A stretch of 64,000 nucleotides of DNA from Ostrea edulis (GCF_947568905.1 NC_079172.1:39990001-40054000), one strand, 5' to 3'; positions 48,193 to 62,800 are shown, counted from the stretch's first letter. Notes: generated from the sequence alone by a model not told the origin. Program-made: numbers and translations.

Positions 48193-49167
48193 AACAAGAG
48201 GCACATGGGCCTTAACGGTCACCTGAGCATCATGAGTTTTCCAGGCTATATATAACAACTTTGGGCCCACCTGGAACTGGCTTTGACTTATATCACATAT
48301 ATTTTACAGTTTGATGAGAACTCTTTGTTATGAAATTTATGCAGCTTGTCTCCTATAAATTCATAAGTATATGAAATAAACACTGTACAGAGTTCTATAA
48401 TAAATTCTAATATATGACATCCCCCCAAACAATTTTAAAGATTAATACCTATTCCTAAATAAAATTTATCCCCAATTGTGCCCCCCCCCCCTGACCATGA
48501 TTGGAACAAACTTGAATCTACATTACCTGAGGATCTGTGCTGGCATATCTTTACCCTGCTGTTCTTGAGGAGAAGAATTTTGAAGTTCCTACATATTCCC
48601 ATGTAAATATGTTATCCCTTATTGTGACCCCAACCCACATCCATGGGTCATGATTTAAACAGCAATGAATCTGCCATTCTGCACTAACCTAAGGTATTCT
48701 TCCAGATCAATATGACTAATATAGCACTGCTGTTCTGGAGAGGAAGGTTTTTAAAGATTATTTTTTCTATACATTCCTATTTCCTACATAAAACTTTAAT
48801 CCCTCATTGTGGCCCCACTTTCTTAAGGTGATTGGAACAAGTTTGAATCTGATAACCTCAGGATGCTCCCAGGTTAATATGACATAATTTTTATGGCTTT
48901 GCAGCTGTTCTTGAGAAGATTTTTAAAGCTTTTTTTCTTATACATATTATATTCATATTCTTTAACTTATGTCCCTTATTATGGCCCTATTCTATCCCTA
49001 GGGGCTATGATGTGAACAAACTTGAATCTGTAAAACCTGAGAATGAAATTGCTCCAGTGGTTCTTGAGAAGTTAAAAATGTGAAAAGTTTATGCACGGCG
49101 CACATCAATGAACGAAAACAGATAGCAATATGTCACCTGAGTGACTCAGATCGCAGGTGACTTAAAA
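48193..49167 (+). mobile_element. Helentron-associated non-autonomous element (HINE-like) carrying Cg170-like satellite monomers
   Basis: 5' end AACAAGAGGCACATGGGCCTTAACGGTCACCTGAG. Internal roughly 170-bp units CATGATTTGAACAAACTTGAATCTACA...TTCTTGAGAAGATTTTTAAAG. 3' end GTCACCTGAG...CAGGTGACTTAAAA hairpin. Structure known from oyster genomes, from recall. Confidence 0.75.
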
Positions 49168-52100
49168 ATTCTTCAGACATTAAGTTTCTTTGTCTACCCC
49201 TGCCTACCCCTTTTTATTTTGGAGGCATAATCCCAATCCTCATTTTCATGAAATTTCAGAGAACAAGTTCAGGCCCATGGGCCACAACCCTCTACTTCAG
49301 TCAATATGGCCCTATAATGTTCTTCATAAGTTTTTTTTCTATCACACATTCATGTGCAAAAATTTGATCTCTGTTGTGAATACCCCACCCTAACCCCAGG
49401 TGTCCTGATTTGAACCAACTTGAATCTACACTATCTGAGGATGTATCCATGTGACTACATGTAATTTAATTTCTATTTGTTAAAATGACAAAGTTTTTCT
49501 CCAGGAGAACTCGTACCCAGATATTGATGGGTACCACTTCTCCAGGAGAACTTGTACCCAAATTCTGGGTACGAGTTCTCCTGGGTATGGGTTCTCCTGG
49601 GTACGGGTTCTCCTGATACCGTAGCTACTTATAGCTACGTAGGTATTTAAACTTACTCCAGGTAGCTATTTTTACCTACTTTTTCCTTTACTTGCATTTC
49701 GTGGCCAAACACAGGAACAGCGCAATAAGGTGTGTACCAAATTATTTTAAAATAACTACGTAATGGTCTTTGGACTAGATCTGTTTAACCACAGGAGTTT
49801 GAAATTTTATCAATAAAGTCAATGGTTTTTTTTTTCGATCTTTGGCTTTATTGAGCGACTTATTGACAGAAATTCAGGTGCCTGTGTGCTAACGCATAGC
49901 TCATGGCTTGGTCAATCAAGTGAATTTTATTGATAAAATTTCAAAATCCTGTGGTTTAACTCCAATGAATGAAAATAAATAGTTTTTAAACTTGTATCAG
50001 ATAAAACTGCGAGTTAATTTACCATTTTTATCCATTCTCTCACCAGAGGGCGCGCTACGCAAGCTTTAGCGTAGCGTAACGCCCTCTGGTGAGAGATTGC
50101 GTTTTTATCCTGTGAATAAAAAGTTCCCTTTGGGGAATTTGATTTATCGCTTATTTTTGCTTAAAACATCGAACCCGACCATATATACCAACCCCTATAC
50201 GATATTTTCTGTGTTTTTACCCGAAAACAAGACTAACCTCATATCCACATGTTCTTCTGTTTGTTTAACTGCCTGGATGCACCTCAGGAAGTAGTCTGAT
50301 CAGGTATACAAAAATAACAAGACGGCTTCCGGATAATAGATGATAAACTGAATAATTAGATTTGAAATAAAGGGTCTAGTTCAGGTATTACAGCACAGGC
50401 ACTTGTTTCTGTAAATGACTTATGACCTCTGTATACTAATAACAACACAAGGTAACTAGCTTCAAATGAAACAGAATGGCACCCCTGAGAATGTCGGCCT
50501 TTTGAACTTCCAGGGGATATGCTATGTAAATGTATTTACTACCGTTGTATTGTACAATCATCCAACTTAAAAACCATGTATGACATGACTGCATTAATTG
50601 CCTCTTATCGCCGAAAACTGCAACAAAACATGGATTTTCCTTTTTATACCACGAAGTGCTATGTACTGATACCGCACAGAATGAAAATTGTATATTCGTT
50701 GTGTTGAAAAATAAAGTCTCATTGTTTTATTATCACAATAAATTGATACGATGTTTATTACCAAAAATCTTGAACATATTGCTTTGTTAACAAAATAAAA
50801 ATTTTGAATTGAAGACGCTGTACGCTATTTTTAGTTACTCAAAAAAAACCAAAGCTGTTCGTACGTTTCGGGATTTTACATCTCATCAGAAGATAGAAGC
50901 TAAGACCTCCCGAGTGGAGATTTAAAAATATTTTCGTGTCGGAATCATTTCTGATGAAGATAATAATGAAATTATGACTTACTGTAAATACAACTTCGTT
51001 AACTAGTATGAGAAATATTTCTGCCAATTGCATGTGTATTACAGACCTAGAGTGATGGGGATAACGTGGAAGCAGTTATTAATGATGTTACTGAAAAATG
51101 GTCACATTCAGCTGTGAATTATTCAAATACATGTTTAAAAACTGATATTTTAGACAAAGTGGATAATCTAACAATTTCCAGGCCTTTATAATCCCTTTTC
51201 AGATATAACTAATATTTACATCAGAAAGTATAAAATAAAAATGTTTTGAAATTGTATGTAAATGGTAATGGACTTCCAATATATGTACTGCAATAATAAT
51301 AAACTTACATATAGAGCCAAGGCGACTCAACATGTAAGTTTATCATTATTGCAGTACATATAATTTACACTATTCAATGTGTAATGGCGGGTATTGGTCA
51401 GTACAAATTATTAGATTTTTCTTGTATTTACAGATACCAAAATATGAGATTTTAATCCTCAAGAAATTGTTACAACCTGGTGAGATTATAGAATATGTTA
51501 AGGGTACGTTAGGGAACTTAGAATTACTTCCCGAACCTTGTTGTGATGATTTGTGTGATCCTGTTATTGATAAATTTTAAGCATTCTGTTGTAAAAACTA
51601 TGGAAACAGACGGCCAAAAATCTCTGAAATTTCCGCAAAAGATTTGACGACAATGTCACAGGCATGTTTGGCTAAGTTAACAATAGAAAATATATAATGG
51701 CGTTACTTATGTAGAAAACCAAAAAACATTCATTGTTAACGGTAACAATGATATAAAAAAAAATACGCGCTAATATTATTTCCAAAAGAAACGTGCCAAT
51801 GTCCGGTTACGGGAACCTGTTCATTATCCTATTTTGGCCGCACGAATCAAAATTGGGGACAATATTTCAGAGACAAAGAAAATGATCAATCTTAAATTGT
51901 CAAAAAATGATTTAAAGCGTAATGATAAAAAAAAATCAGGGGGGTAAAAACCGCTACCGAATGATTATGACAAAGATGTCATACCAGCTCCTGATTCTGC
52001 CGCTTTCTTGGAAAATGAGGTAAGTGAGGAACCAAGTAAGGCTAAAAAATCAAACTGGAAGAAAAGGAACTTGAAGGTAATTATGATTCTGATAAAAAAA

Positions 52101-52477
52101 AAAAGAGAAGGGTTTATTCTCTTAAATCATCTCATAAAGAAACTATCCTCGGGGATGGATTTACTCTGATATTATTCATGAAACTAACTCTACAGATTAT
52201 CTCCAATCAGTTTTATCATGAATCATTGTTTTACTTAGAGAAGAGTGAGTCCACTTCACGGTTATAAATTCCACACCTCGTAATTAGGTCAAAACCAGTT
52301 GATATTTTCGATTTCGACATGAAAATGTGCCTATTTTTAACCGTTCCGGCAGGTTTTTTTTATTGGTTTTTGTGCACATAATAAAGTACATGAATACAAC
52401 AAGTCATATATAATTATCATTATGTGCATGGAGAGAGATAGTGAGAAAGAGGGGAAAAGGGAGAGGCATGTTTTAAG

Positions 52478-55400
52478 TAAATATTAAGTTCCATCTGTTC
52501 CATTGAGTATCAATATTTTTCTTTTTACCATTCTTATATGCTATATATTTGTGTGTTCCATAAAATAATTTCATTTGTGATATTCCAGCGGGCAAGTTTA
52601 AAGGTTTCTTAGTGCATCTTGCAGTATAGACATAATACTTCTGAAATAAAATGATAATGTTTTGTATATCACTATTATTTTCAATACAAGCTAAAATAAA
52701 GGATTTCTTTGTAATTGTAATCTGTCGCTCAGTCTTGTCTTCTAAAAATTGTTTGAATTTTACAAGAAATAGTTGTAAACAATTACATTCCCATAAAATA
52801 TGTTCTATTTTCCTCTTCAGAGTGACAAAAGTTGCAATATTTAGAATCTATTCTTTTTATTTTGAACAATAATGAATTTGTTGCTAAAATTTTGTTTATA
52901 ATTCTGCACTGAAACCAGTGGAGCTTTCAGTCTTTTGTCACTCTGAAGGGTATTTTGTGGATTATTTTCCATTCCCTGTCGTCTACATCTAAAAGCTCAC
53001 TCCATTTCTTTTTGCCAGCTGAGACCGAGTTATTTTTATTAAGAATTTCATAGAAAAAATTTGATTTGTAACATTTCAAAATTTTGCAAGTATTTGTCAT
53101 AATTAATGGACTTGTGAGCTTCATGATGTTTTTTCCAAGGTCTGAGGTTTTTTTTTTATCCATGCTCTTACTACATGGATAATGCTGTTTTATTTTTTAA
53201 CAAAATTACCCAAATGTTTGTATGCAAGGTGAAGATAACGAACAGTGATCAATCTCATAACTCCTACAAGCAATACAAAATAGATAGTTGGGCAAACACG
53301 GACCCCTGGACACACCAGAGGTGGGATCAGGTGCCTAGGAGGAGTAAGCATCCCCTGTTGACCGGTCATACCCGCCGTGAGCCCCATATCCTGATCAGGT
53401 AAACGGAGTTATCCGCAGTCAAATCAGTGTCAATCAATATCACAAAAATGTTTAAAACTAAAAAGTGAATCATCTTCATTAATAATATCATTAATCAGTC
53501 TGATGTTGCTGTCAAATATTTGGTTATTTAAAAAATGGTTTTCCACCAATATGAATCTGTGGGTTATAAAATAGAGGTGAATCAGCAGCAACAGTGGACT
53601 CATCAATAAAACTATGTAATGTAATGTACGACTTGAATACATCAATCCAAAATTTATTTTTCAGTGTTTTTAAAAAACGTGGTGATGTATTCAACCCCAC
53701 AGTTAATGAATTTGTTCAACTCAAAATTGGGAATAAACAGTCCCATACCTCTGCTGGAAAAAATGAGATTTCTTACCCAAAATAATTTCATAGAAGCTAT
53801 AAAAGACATTAGATCTACTATATATTTCAACCCTCCGTCTTCATATTTTTTTTAACTATTACTTCTTTTTTTACTCTGTGAGTTGAATTATTCCATATGA
53901 AAGAAAAAAATAATTTTTCGAAATTTTTACAATATAACTCGGAGGGATTTTGGATTGACATCAAGATATGGTTTAATAAGGCCAAAGCCAATGTCTTAAT
54001 AACTGTGATTTTTTCCAATTGGAGTCAAAAATCTTTTCTCCCAATGTTTAAGTAAAGATTTAATCTGTACACATTTTGGTTCATAGTTTAGCTGCATCAT
54101 TTTCTTTAGATCCACATCAAAATGTATTCCTAGTAGATTAAATCTTGTAGTACCCCATTTAAGCTTGTAGTTAGGCAGTAAAATTTCATTACTAAATCTT
54201 TTGGATCCAATCCATACTATATGGGTTTTGTCAAAATTAATATAAAGTCCAGACATTTCTGAAAATTGTTGCAGTGTTTCCAATGTTTCTAAGAGAGATT
54301 CTTTACTGCCATCAAGAATAAGTAAAGTGTCATCAGGCAACTGGGAAATCTTCTTTTCTACATTGTTTACAGTAATACCTTTAATACTTTTGTTTAATCT
54401 AATCTGAATAGCTGATATTTCTGCACAAATTAAAAAAAATATACGGTGACAAAGGGTCACCTTGTCTACACCCTCTGAATATTGATTTTTTCAGAGAGAT
54501 CACCACTTTGATTTACTGCAGATGTAATATCTGTACAAAATAATGATACCCAGTTCCGAATAGAGTTGCCAAAGTTAAAGAAAGTTAGTGCTTTTTGAAT
54601 AAATTCCCAAGACACTGTATCAAAAGCTTTTTCAAAATCGATAAGTAATAATAAACCAGATATATTTTCTTCCTCAGTGTAATGCATAATATCATAGATA
54701 AGCCTTGTATTTTCTCCAATATACCTGTTGGGAATAAAACCTGTTTGATGAGGGTTGATTATTTTATCTAGATACCGTTTTACTCTACTAGCCACTGTAC
54801 CTGATGCAATTTTATAAACAGTATTCAACTTCAACAGAGTGATAGGCCTCCAGTTCTTCAGATATTGTCTTGGCTTGTCACCTTTCGGTAGCAATGTAAT
54901 GATACCATGTCTTTGTGTAACTGACAAAATACTACTTCTCTATCCATAATTGATAGACCTTACAACAAAAATACCAATATATTTCCAAAACATTTTGAAG
55001 AATTCGGCAGAAAAACCATCCGATCCTTGGGATTTATTAGATTTCATTTTGTAAAGAGTATTGGAGGCCTCTTCAAAATAGTAATTCCCCCTTCTATTGA
55101 TTCTGATTCATTATTAGAAAGTTTAGGAATATCTTTAAAGCTTGGCTCATTGTTAAAATCAAAACCATTATTTACTTCAGTTTTCTTGTATAATTGTTCA
55201 TAAAAAGTTTTTGTTTCCCTCAAGATTTCAGATTGTTCATATATTACCCTCCCTTCATTATTCTCCAATCTAGGGATTATTTTGCTTGTAAAATTTCTGG
55301 ATTCCAAAGCACAAAAATATTTTGATGGTTTTTCGCCTTCTTCAACCCATTTGGCTCTACTTCTTAATTACCTTGTAACTTATGTTTTCTAGATCTTGTT

Positions 55401-55620
55401 TTTTACTAGACAGTTCATCAGTATTACTGTCACAAACATTTTCTTCCAATGTTTTGATATTTTCAATTTTAAATCTTTTTCCTCCTTTCTTTTTTTTTTA
55501 ATATATGAAGCATAAGAAATTGTTTTACTCCTTATTTCTAATAATAAGGTTTCTAAAAACAGTTGATCATTAATAGTGAAGGAAATGTTTGCATCAGGGA
55601 TATTGTGTATGTTACCAAAA
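52478..55620 (-). mobile_element. 5'-truncated, decayed L1/Tx1-type non-LTR retrotransposon (ORF2: linker, RT, C-terminal Cys region)
   Basis: Contains FLETLLLEIRSKTISYAS, KNWRPITLL, LLLIDFEKAFDTVSW, GCRQGDPLSPYIF, QLPDDT (degenerate FADD) and KILATNSLL...CNFC. Many frameshifts and stops. Interrupted by a Penelope-like fragment at about 53206-53432. Confidence 0.9.
53206..53432 (-). mobile_element. Well-preserved Penelope-like 3' module inserted in the LINE
   Basis: AAGGTGAAGATAACGAACAGTGATCAATCTC...CCTGATCAGGTAAACGGAGTTATCCGCAGTCAAA. Confidence 0.8.
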
Positions 55621-56800
55621 TTATATATCCGGCAGGGTTTTAATATACTTACCATTAACAAAATGCTTAAACCATATATATTTCTAAAGGTTTTGTCCCG
55701 TAGATTTTGGGAAATTTATCCGAATGAGATGATATACATTGTTTTACGAGATATTACAGATTATACAATACATACTCCTTCACGACGCCTCCATTTTTTT
55801 CACCACATTTGTTCGTTCCTGCAAGATTTCCACGTATTAAAAATCATTTAAATGTCACAAATTTGTTATGTTCTGAACGTACTTGCCCCATATATTGTGG
55901 GTAAGTTTACCGAATGAGACAATATTAGATATTTTAGGAGATATAAAGAAATATGTGACACTGACTACACTGGGAAAACACCAATATTTTACAACCTTCA
56001 TTCCTTCTGGCAGGATTTTCATAGTCTTACAACAAACATAATGTTGATATCTTACCAAATTCTAAAAGGTGTTGCCCCATAGATTATGGGATTTTCTAAA
56101 GAATGAAAATATAATGAGTATTAGCGGAGATATTGGTACAATGTATTTGTTGGAGTATCACTACCTCCATTTCGGTCTTTAGTCTTGCCCTATGTATACA
56201 TCGAGAGAAGCAAAATTGTGCATCTTATTTCAAATTTGTACATTTTTATTTTTATGACTCCAAAATATAGATTTAATGATTTTAGGACTGTTAGCTGGTA
56301 TCTTTTCTCGTATAAATCTAGAATATCTTTACTATATATATTCTATTTTGAAAAGAAAATCACGAAAAAGCCATTTGTCTCCATGATGCACTGCAGACGA
56401 CTTTTATATATATATATATATATATATAGATACACGGTGAAAATGGGTACCCTTACAAACTGTTCAAACTTTAAGAAAATATAACATTACAAGCAGTTGT
56501 TTCTTGTATTTGAGAGAGAAAAGAACACTCTTTAAAATGATATCAATTTTAATTCCCAAATCTGTAGAATAAGAAAATTACAGCGGTTTGAATGTATGCG
56601 AGACCACAGAGGCAAACGCTTTTTTGCACCTAAGTTCCGTTTGCCTCTATTGGTCCATATAGACGATAATTTTTATTTTAATCTAGAACACGCCACATGT
56701 GAAGATGAATTGTGTTTGTAGAAAGACAATATCCACTTGAAACACTGCGTATTTATGCAGGCGAAAAATAAAGAAATCTGTGCACTGTGTTTCCCTCTTT

Positions 56801-56868
56801 TCAGACTATAGAGGCGAAGATCACGCTAATGAACATCAGCACACAGGAGACCGAAATCTTGATGGTGC
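56801..56868 (-). CDS. Gene B terminal exon: hydrophobic tail STIKISVSCVLMFISVIFASIV*
   Basis: Acceptor CATTTCAG. The coding length of 68 nt is identical to the gene A terminal exon. TGA at 56801-56803. Confidence 0.8.
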
Positions 56869-59800
56869 CTGAAATGACCAAATACCAATTCATCATATCT
56901 ACGTTTCTGTAATCATCAATATGATATCAATGCAGATAAAGCACTTAAAACACACATACAGCCCCGCGTGCCTTTTCCTTAATATTCACCAAATAAATGT
57001 CGGGTGCTTAGATTATTATTTTCATTCAACGACACAAATACATTGCAACATTGAAATCGTACATGTAATAAGCACAAATTATCATAAAAACACCAACAAA
57101 GAAATCAGATGTTATTTTCTCAAAATGAAAAATTTACTTGGGAAACAAGATTAAAATTGAACAAGAAATGTTTCTAGATGCATATGCCCCCCCCCCCCCC
57201 CCCCCCCTCGTGTGACAATATTGAAAAGGATTAGCCTTGAATTTAGAACGTCGGTAATTTAATGAGAATGAAAAATAGTCAGGGGTAACGACAATGCTAC
57301 CCTTGAATATATAGGGGACATTCTCTTCCTTGGGGAACCAGCATAATATGTTTGATGTACGTTATCAAAAGATTCTCAAGATATTGAGTTGAGAATATAT
57401 TGCAGTGTCCAAAATTGATCGACCCTTGACCTTTGACTATGTGACCTTAAAATGAACACAAGGTAATGTCTGTCAAGCAAAAAGCTCTTAAGATATTGTT
57501 CGGACACTTGGTCTAGCGACCGACTGACCGACAGGTGTAAACCAATATGCTCCCTTTTTAAGGGGAAGGGTCGCAAAAAGAGTGAAGACATTGAACAGAG
57601 ATCAATCTCATAAATCCTGTACGGAATACAAAATTGATAGTAGGGCAATTAAACCTGACCCCTGGAAACAGCAGAGGTGGGATCAGTTGTTTAGGAGGAG
57701 TAAACATACATTGTTGCATCTTTTGTTTATTCTTTTGAAAGATTGATATTCAACCACACAATGACAACATTCATATGCGTAAAATACACCAGTATATTGA
57801 TATACTATTAGGTAATGTTATATCTGAATATTGATGTACTGTAAAGAATTTGGAGTACTTACTTGAACTATCGGCTTGACACGTGGCTACTTGGAGAGCA
57901 GTACATCCGGCATAACTTTCTGTTTCGTCACTTCCGTCTTGACAGTCGTTAGAGCAGTCGCACTTGAAACGTTCTTGGATGCAAGTCATTGAGCCACTCT
58001 GACATGTGAAGTAATCCATTGGACAGTTCTGAAGGAAAGAAAAAAAGATGTCGAAATCTTATTTCCATTTGTCAGACATTTTGTAATTTTATGCCCGTCA
58101 CAACAACAAGCAATGCCACAGGTTTAGTAAATCTACTGCTGATGAGTTAATTAACATCCATTAATGTTCTGTAGCAGACATGAACGTTCTCGGGTAAGGG
58201 GAAAAGTTTATAAATATTGTTTGTCGATTGCCTCGTATCTCTAAAATTCATTCATGAGATGGAAAATCATTGTCTATTTTCTGACGTCAAGTACCGGGAC
58301 ATAACTAAAAAACAAACAAAAAACAACAACGACTTCTCTGATTCTGTTCTATTGGAAGAGGGTTGTATATTGTTTAACAACCCGCTCGAGAGAATTCTTC
58401 ACTCATATGGAAACATCACCATTGCCGGTGAAGGGCTGCAAAATTTAGGCCTCTGTCTTTGTCGTGCAAACGACACAGCGGACATTTTATCAAATGAAAT
58501 ACAAGTTTCGTATTCAAACATACATGTGTTAATTATCAGAATTGATAAGGTACACTGCCGTAATTAGAAATGGCTGACTGTCGATAAATATAATTGAAAT
58601 AAATCATATCTTATTTGAATTATCATACAGAATGAATATGTTTAAGCTATTTGTATCATAAGAGGCATAGATACATGGTTGGCTTTATTGATTATACAAA
58701 TTACCATTGTTTGTATTAATCCTAAAATATTAAAGTTTCTATGAAGCTGAGCAGTCAACTTATGGATCTTTTTCCCTTTAAAAATGACTTAGCTCTTCAG
58801 GTGTTTTCCACTTAGCCATAGATGCATCATTATTAGGCTCCGGTCTGGAAACTTACATTATACAGTAAAACTCAAATATAGCGAACACGGATATAGCGAT
58901 ATATGCGTTGCCCCTGTTCGCTGTTCCAGGTGAAATGTACATTGTTATTTTTTTAACCGTAAATAAACCCTTACCACTAAAAATATATCAAATTGTACTT
59001 TGGACACTCACTTCAGTGTCACTCAGAATATCAATAAAAAATGGAATATCTAAATAAATTCACTGCCTCCTTTCACCTGGTAATATTTCCATGAATACAA
59101 TTGGATCTGATATACTGCTTGAATCTCTTTGTCTTTAAAATTACAACATACTTAATCTGTTCTTGTCATTTGATAAATCTTCAAACTTTCGTGTCACAAG
59201 TTTTTTTTACTAGTCATGCACTTTTGAGCTGGGTGCACTCATCATGAAAAGGGTCATTGATTAGACCTCTGGTTAAATTGTAACACCGTGACACGTTCAG
59301 CTACACACCTGCTGATATTGTCCAACTGCTACAGTAGGGCAGGCATCTACATTACAATTGTTGAACTGCGATATATCCCCTGCGCAATCTTTTCCTCCGT
59401 AAGCTGGAGCTGGATTGCTACATGTGCGGGATCTGGACCACTCTCCTCCTCCGCAGGTCACGGTGCACGTGCCCCAGGGACTCCAGTCCCCCCATTCACC
59501 ATCAACTGCAAATCACAATCACATCATAAGTCAATAAATGACTCAATACATTTGTTAATGACACTTTTCTACAAACTTTAAACAAATCATTATTGTAAGG
59601 AATGTGGAAATTATTAACCAAATCATGAAACGTGAAGATAACGAACAGTGAACAATCTCATAACTGCTATAAGCAATACAAAAAAAGGGGGGGGGGGCAA
59701 ATAAGATCCCCTGAATATATTAGACGTGGGATTAGGTCCCTAGGAGGAGTAAACATCCCCTGTCGACCGGTCACACACGCTGTGAACCCTATATCTTGAT

Positions 59801-62800
59801 CAAGTAAACGGAGTCATCCGTAGTCAAAATCAGTGTGTCTAGAACGGCCTAACAATTGGTATGAAACACGTCAGACAGCATTCGATACAATGACAGGTTG
59901 CATTGGCAAACTGGATTTTTTTAACGATCATCAAATTTGAGAAATCATCAAAATGTGAGGTTATATAAAGAGTAGATGATATAGATGAAAACGAAATAAA
60001 TGCACAGAACACAACAGGGGGCAGAGGTGTCGATTACAAATCTGTGATGCAGATATCGAATATCAATAAACGTGGTAGACTACTGTAAGTTCTAAATACC
60101 TGGGCAGGGTTGGGTATTGCAGTCGGCATCTTCACTGACGTCACCAGGACACGGGGCCCCACTTCCGATGGGAGCGGGACTGTCACAAGTCCTTGTCCGT
60201 GTCTTCTTTCCGGTTCCGCATGTTTTAGAGCACGATCCATAGGATCCCCAGGATCCCCAAGCACCATTTTCTGATTAGAGAAAAAAAACCCAACATATAT
60301 TCACTGTTTGGATAGAATGGTAGTATTGATGAAAGGTGAAGATAACGAACAGTAATCAATATCATAAATCCTATTAGCAATACAAAATAGAGAGTTCGGC
60401 AAACACGGACCTCTGGACACACCAGAGGTTGGGTCAGGTGTCTAGGGGGAATAAACACCCCCTGTCGACCGGTTACACCCACCGTGAGCCCTTTATCTTG
60501 ATTAGGTAAACGGAGTTATCTGCAGTCAAAATAGTGTGCCAGGAACGGCCTAACAATCTGTATGAAACACGTCAGACAGCAATCACACAATGAAAGGTTG
60601 TACTGACATAAATATTTATTAGAGAGAACGGTGGTATTCACTGACTGGAGAAAATACTGATATTCATTGTTTGGAGATAATTTATTGATTGGAGAAAATG
60701 ACGATGCTTAGTCATTAGAGAGAATAGTAATATTCACTGATCTTAGAAAATATTGATAGCCATTGTTTAAGAAAATATTGATATTGACCGACTGCATATT
60801 ATTGGGAAGAATTATAGTGATATTCACTGTTCTGAGAAAATATTGATAGTCATTGTTTAAGAAAATATTGATATTGAATGACTGCATAGTATTGGAGAGA
60901 ATAGTGATATTCACTGATTGGGGGGAATAGACTTGGATATTTACAAAAAGAAGAAACTGAAATCTTGTGATTGGAAAAAAAAAAACACCCCGATATTTTC
61001 TGAGAAAAAAGATCGATATTCGCTGATTGGAATTATTTACGTAAAGGAAAATACTTATAGGTTATAGACTTTGTATGGGAAAATATGACGACCAAGTTTT
61101 TGGCGCGTAGATGGACTGAGCTAGCGAGGTCCGTCCGCGACAAAAAACCAGGTCGTCATATTTCCCCATACAAAGTCTATAACCTTTTTATTATATACTT
61201 TCAATTTCATTTAGAAACTAACAATAATTTATTTTTAATAATATTTTTTATTGGTTTAACTGAGTAAAAGATGAAAACACGAATTTTTTTTAAAATTAAC
61301 GACGTAGTAATTTACTTGTGTATTGATTGTGACGTAATGTTTGCGGGCCGGAATGTTTCCGGACATATATCGTGTGATATATGCCCGCAAACTTTTAAAG
61401 AAAAGAGAAGAGATGAAATTGAAAGTATATAATAATGATATTTATTATTTTGGGAGAATGCTGATATTTTCTAATTGGATTAAAACGAATATTTTATTGA
61501 AAATTTTCGTTGGATTTTAAAGTCTGAATTCTCGCCAAAATACTTGATTTTTACAATGGCCTTAATATAATGATCTTAATATTGATTAATATGATAATAC
61601 ATATTTGTAACTCAAGTGGTGCACGTGTCCAGATGACATTTCAACCATCCTATTTCAAAATTGAAACGACGTCATATTATGTTTGAAAGCATTTGACATG
61701 AAATTATATTACATTGTAAGTACACGGAAATGCTCAACTTGTGCATTTTTGTTATTTGGTAAGAATTACTAATTTGTAGGTATAGAAGCATCTAATGTTT
61801 TAAGTAGAATGATCTTGACATTGGAAACATCCGAGTTCAATATTTCTTTCCTAAAAATGGATGACATTGACTGAGCCACATTTTTTATAAACTTTGTTGA
61901 AATCCTTCAGTTTGTTCCATTGGAACTACAAAATGAGAGATAATGTTAAATTCATTGCTCTATTTTGATATAGCCTATATTAATGTACGCACAGTTTGCA
62001 AAATTAATACAGACAAATTCAAAGGTCTAGATCTTAAGCAGAGAAACTTACTGTCAGTACATCTTTGGCCTAACCAATCTCCCGTGCACGTGCATGTGTA
62101 GTCCATTCCCTCGTCATAACACACGCCACCATTTTGACATGGATTAGGGTAGCAATTGTCCATCACTGAAATATTTAAAGAACGTTGAAATTTAATTTGT
62201 GGATAAATTTGTTTAAATACATTAAAATTAAGTTTTCATGCAAGACATCTCTAAATTCTCTGAAAGGAATTCAGTAAATGTCTTGGGAAGTTTGTGTAAA
62301 CAACTCTTGGATCTAATATCAGAGGGTTTAGGATTATCATTCTAAGAACACTGTTCATAACTATGTCGGTCCTAGAATTACTTTGTATCTTATTTTGTAT
62401 GATCGATTCTTTTGATTCATGATTTGCAGATCTAGCAAGACCCTTATTTTTAAGCACCACACCTACATGTATATCTACAGGTAAAATAATGATTGCTGTA
62501 CCTAGGTATAATATGCACGAATATAACGAATTCTTTGAATTCATAAATATGCTTTAATGGACTTACCAACGGAAATTAAGAAGAGATCGGCGATCACCAT
62601 ATCTGGAAAAATACGTTCAATCTTTTCAAACATTCCTCAGTGACTAATGCATATTGATATTCATATGAGAATCCAATCACTATTATTACACGCATCTCAA
62701 TTATCAAATTAAAAGGAAATGAATGAATCAGCTGTGATACTCACTGTCTTGTAAATCTCTACCCGTCAGTCCACTGTACAGGAAGAACGGACGAGTAGTT

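Noticed and set aside
53206-53432. Hammerhead ribozyme or SECIS in the Penelope-like 3' module
   Set aside because: CTGATCA is present but there is no CTGANGA...GAAA core. The ATGA/GTGA candidates lack a 9-12 bp helix II and apical AA.
61600-61660. Possible extra gene B exon (GC-richer patch)
   Set aside because: Two frames hit stops, the third has no domain signal or convincing splice pair, and the neighbouring exons join in phase without it.
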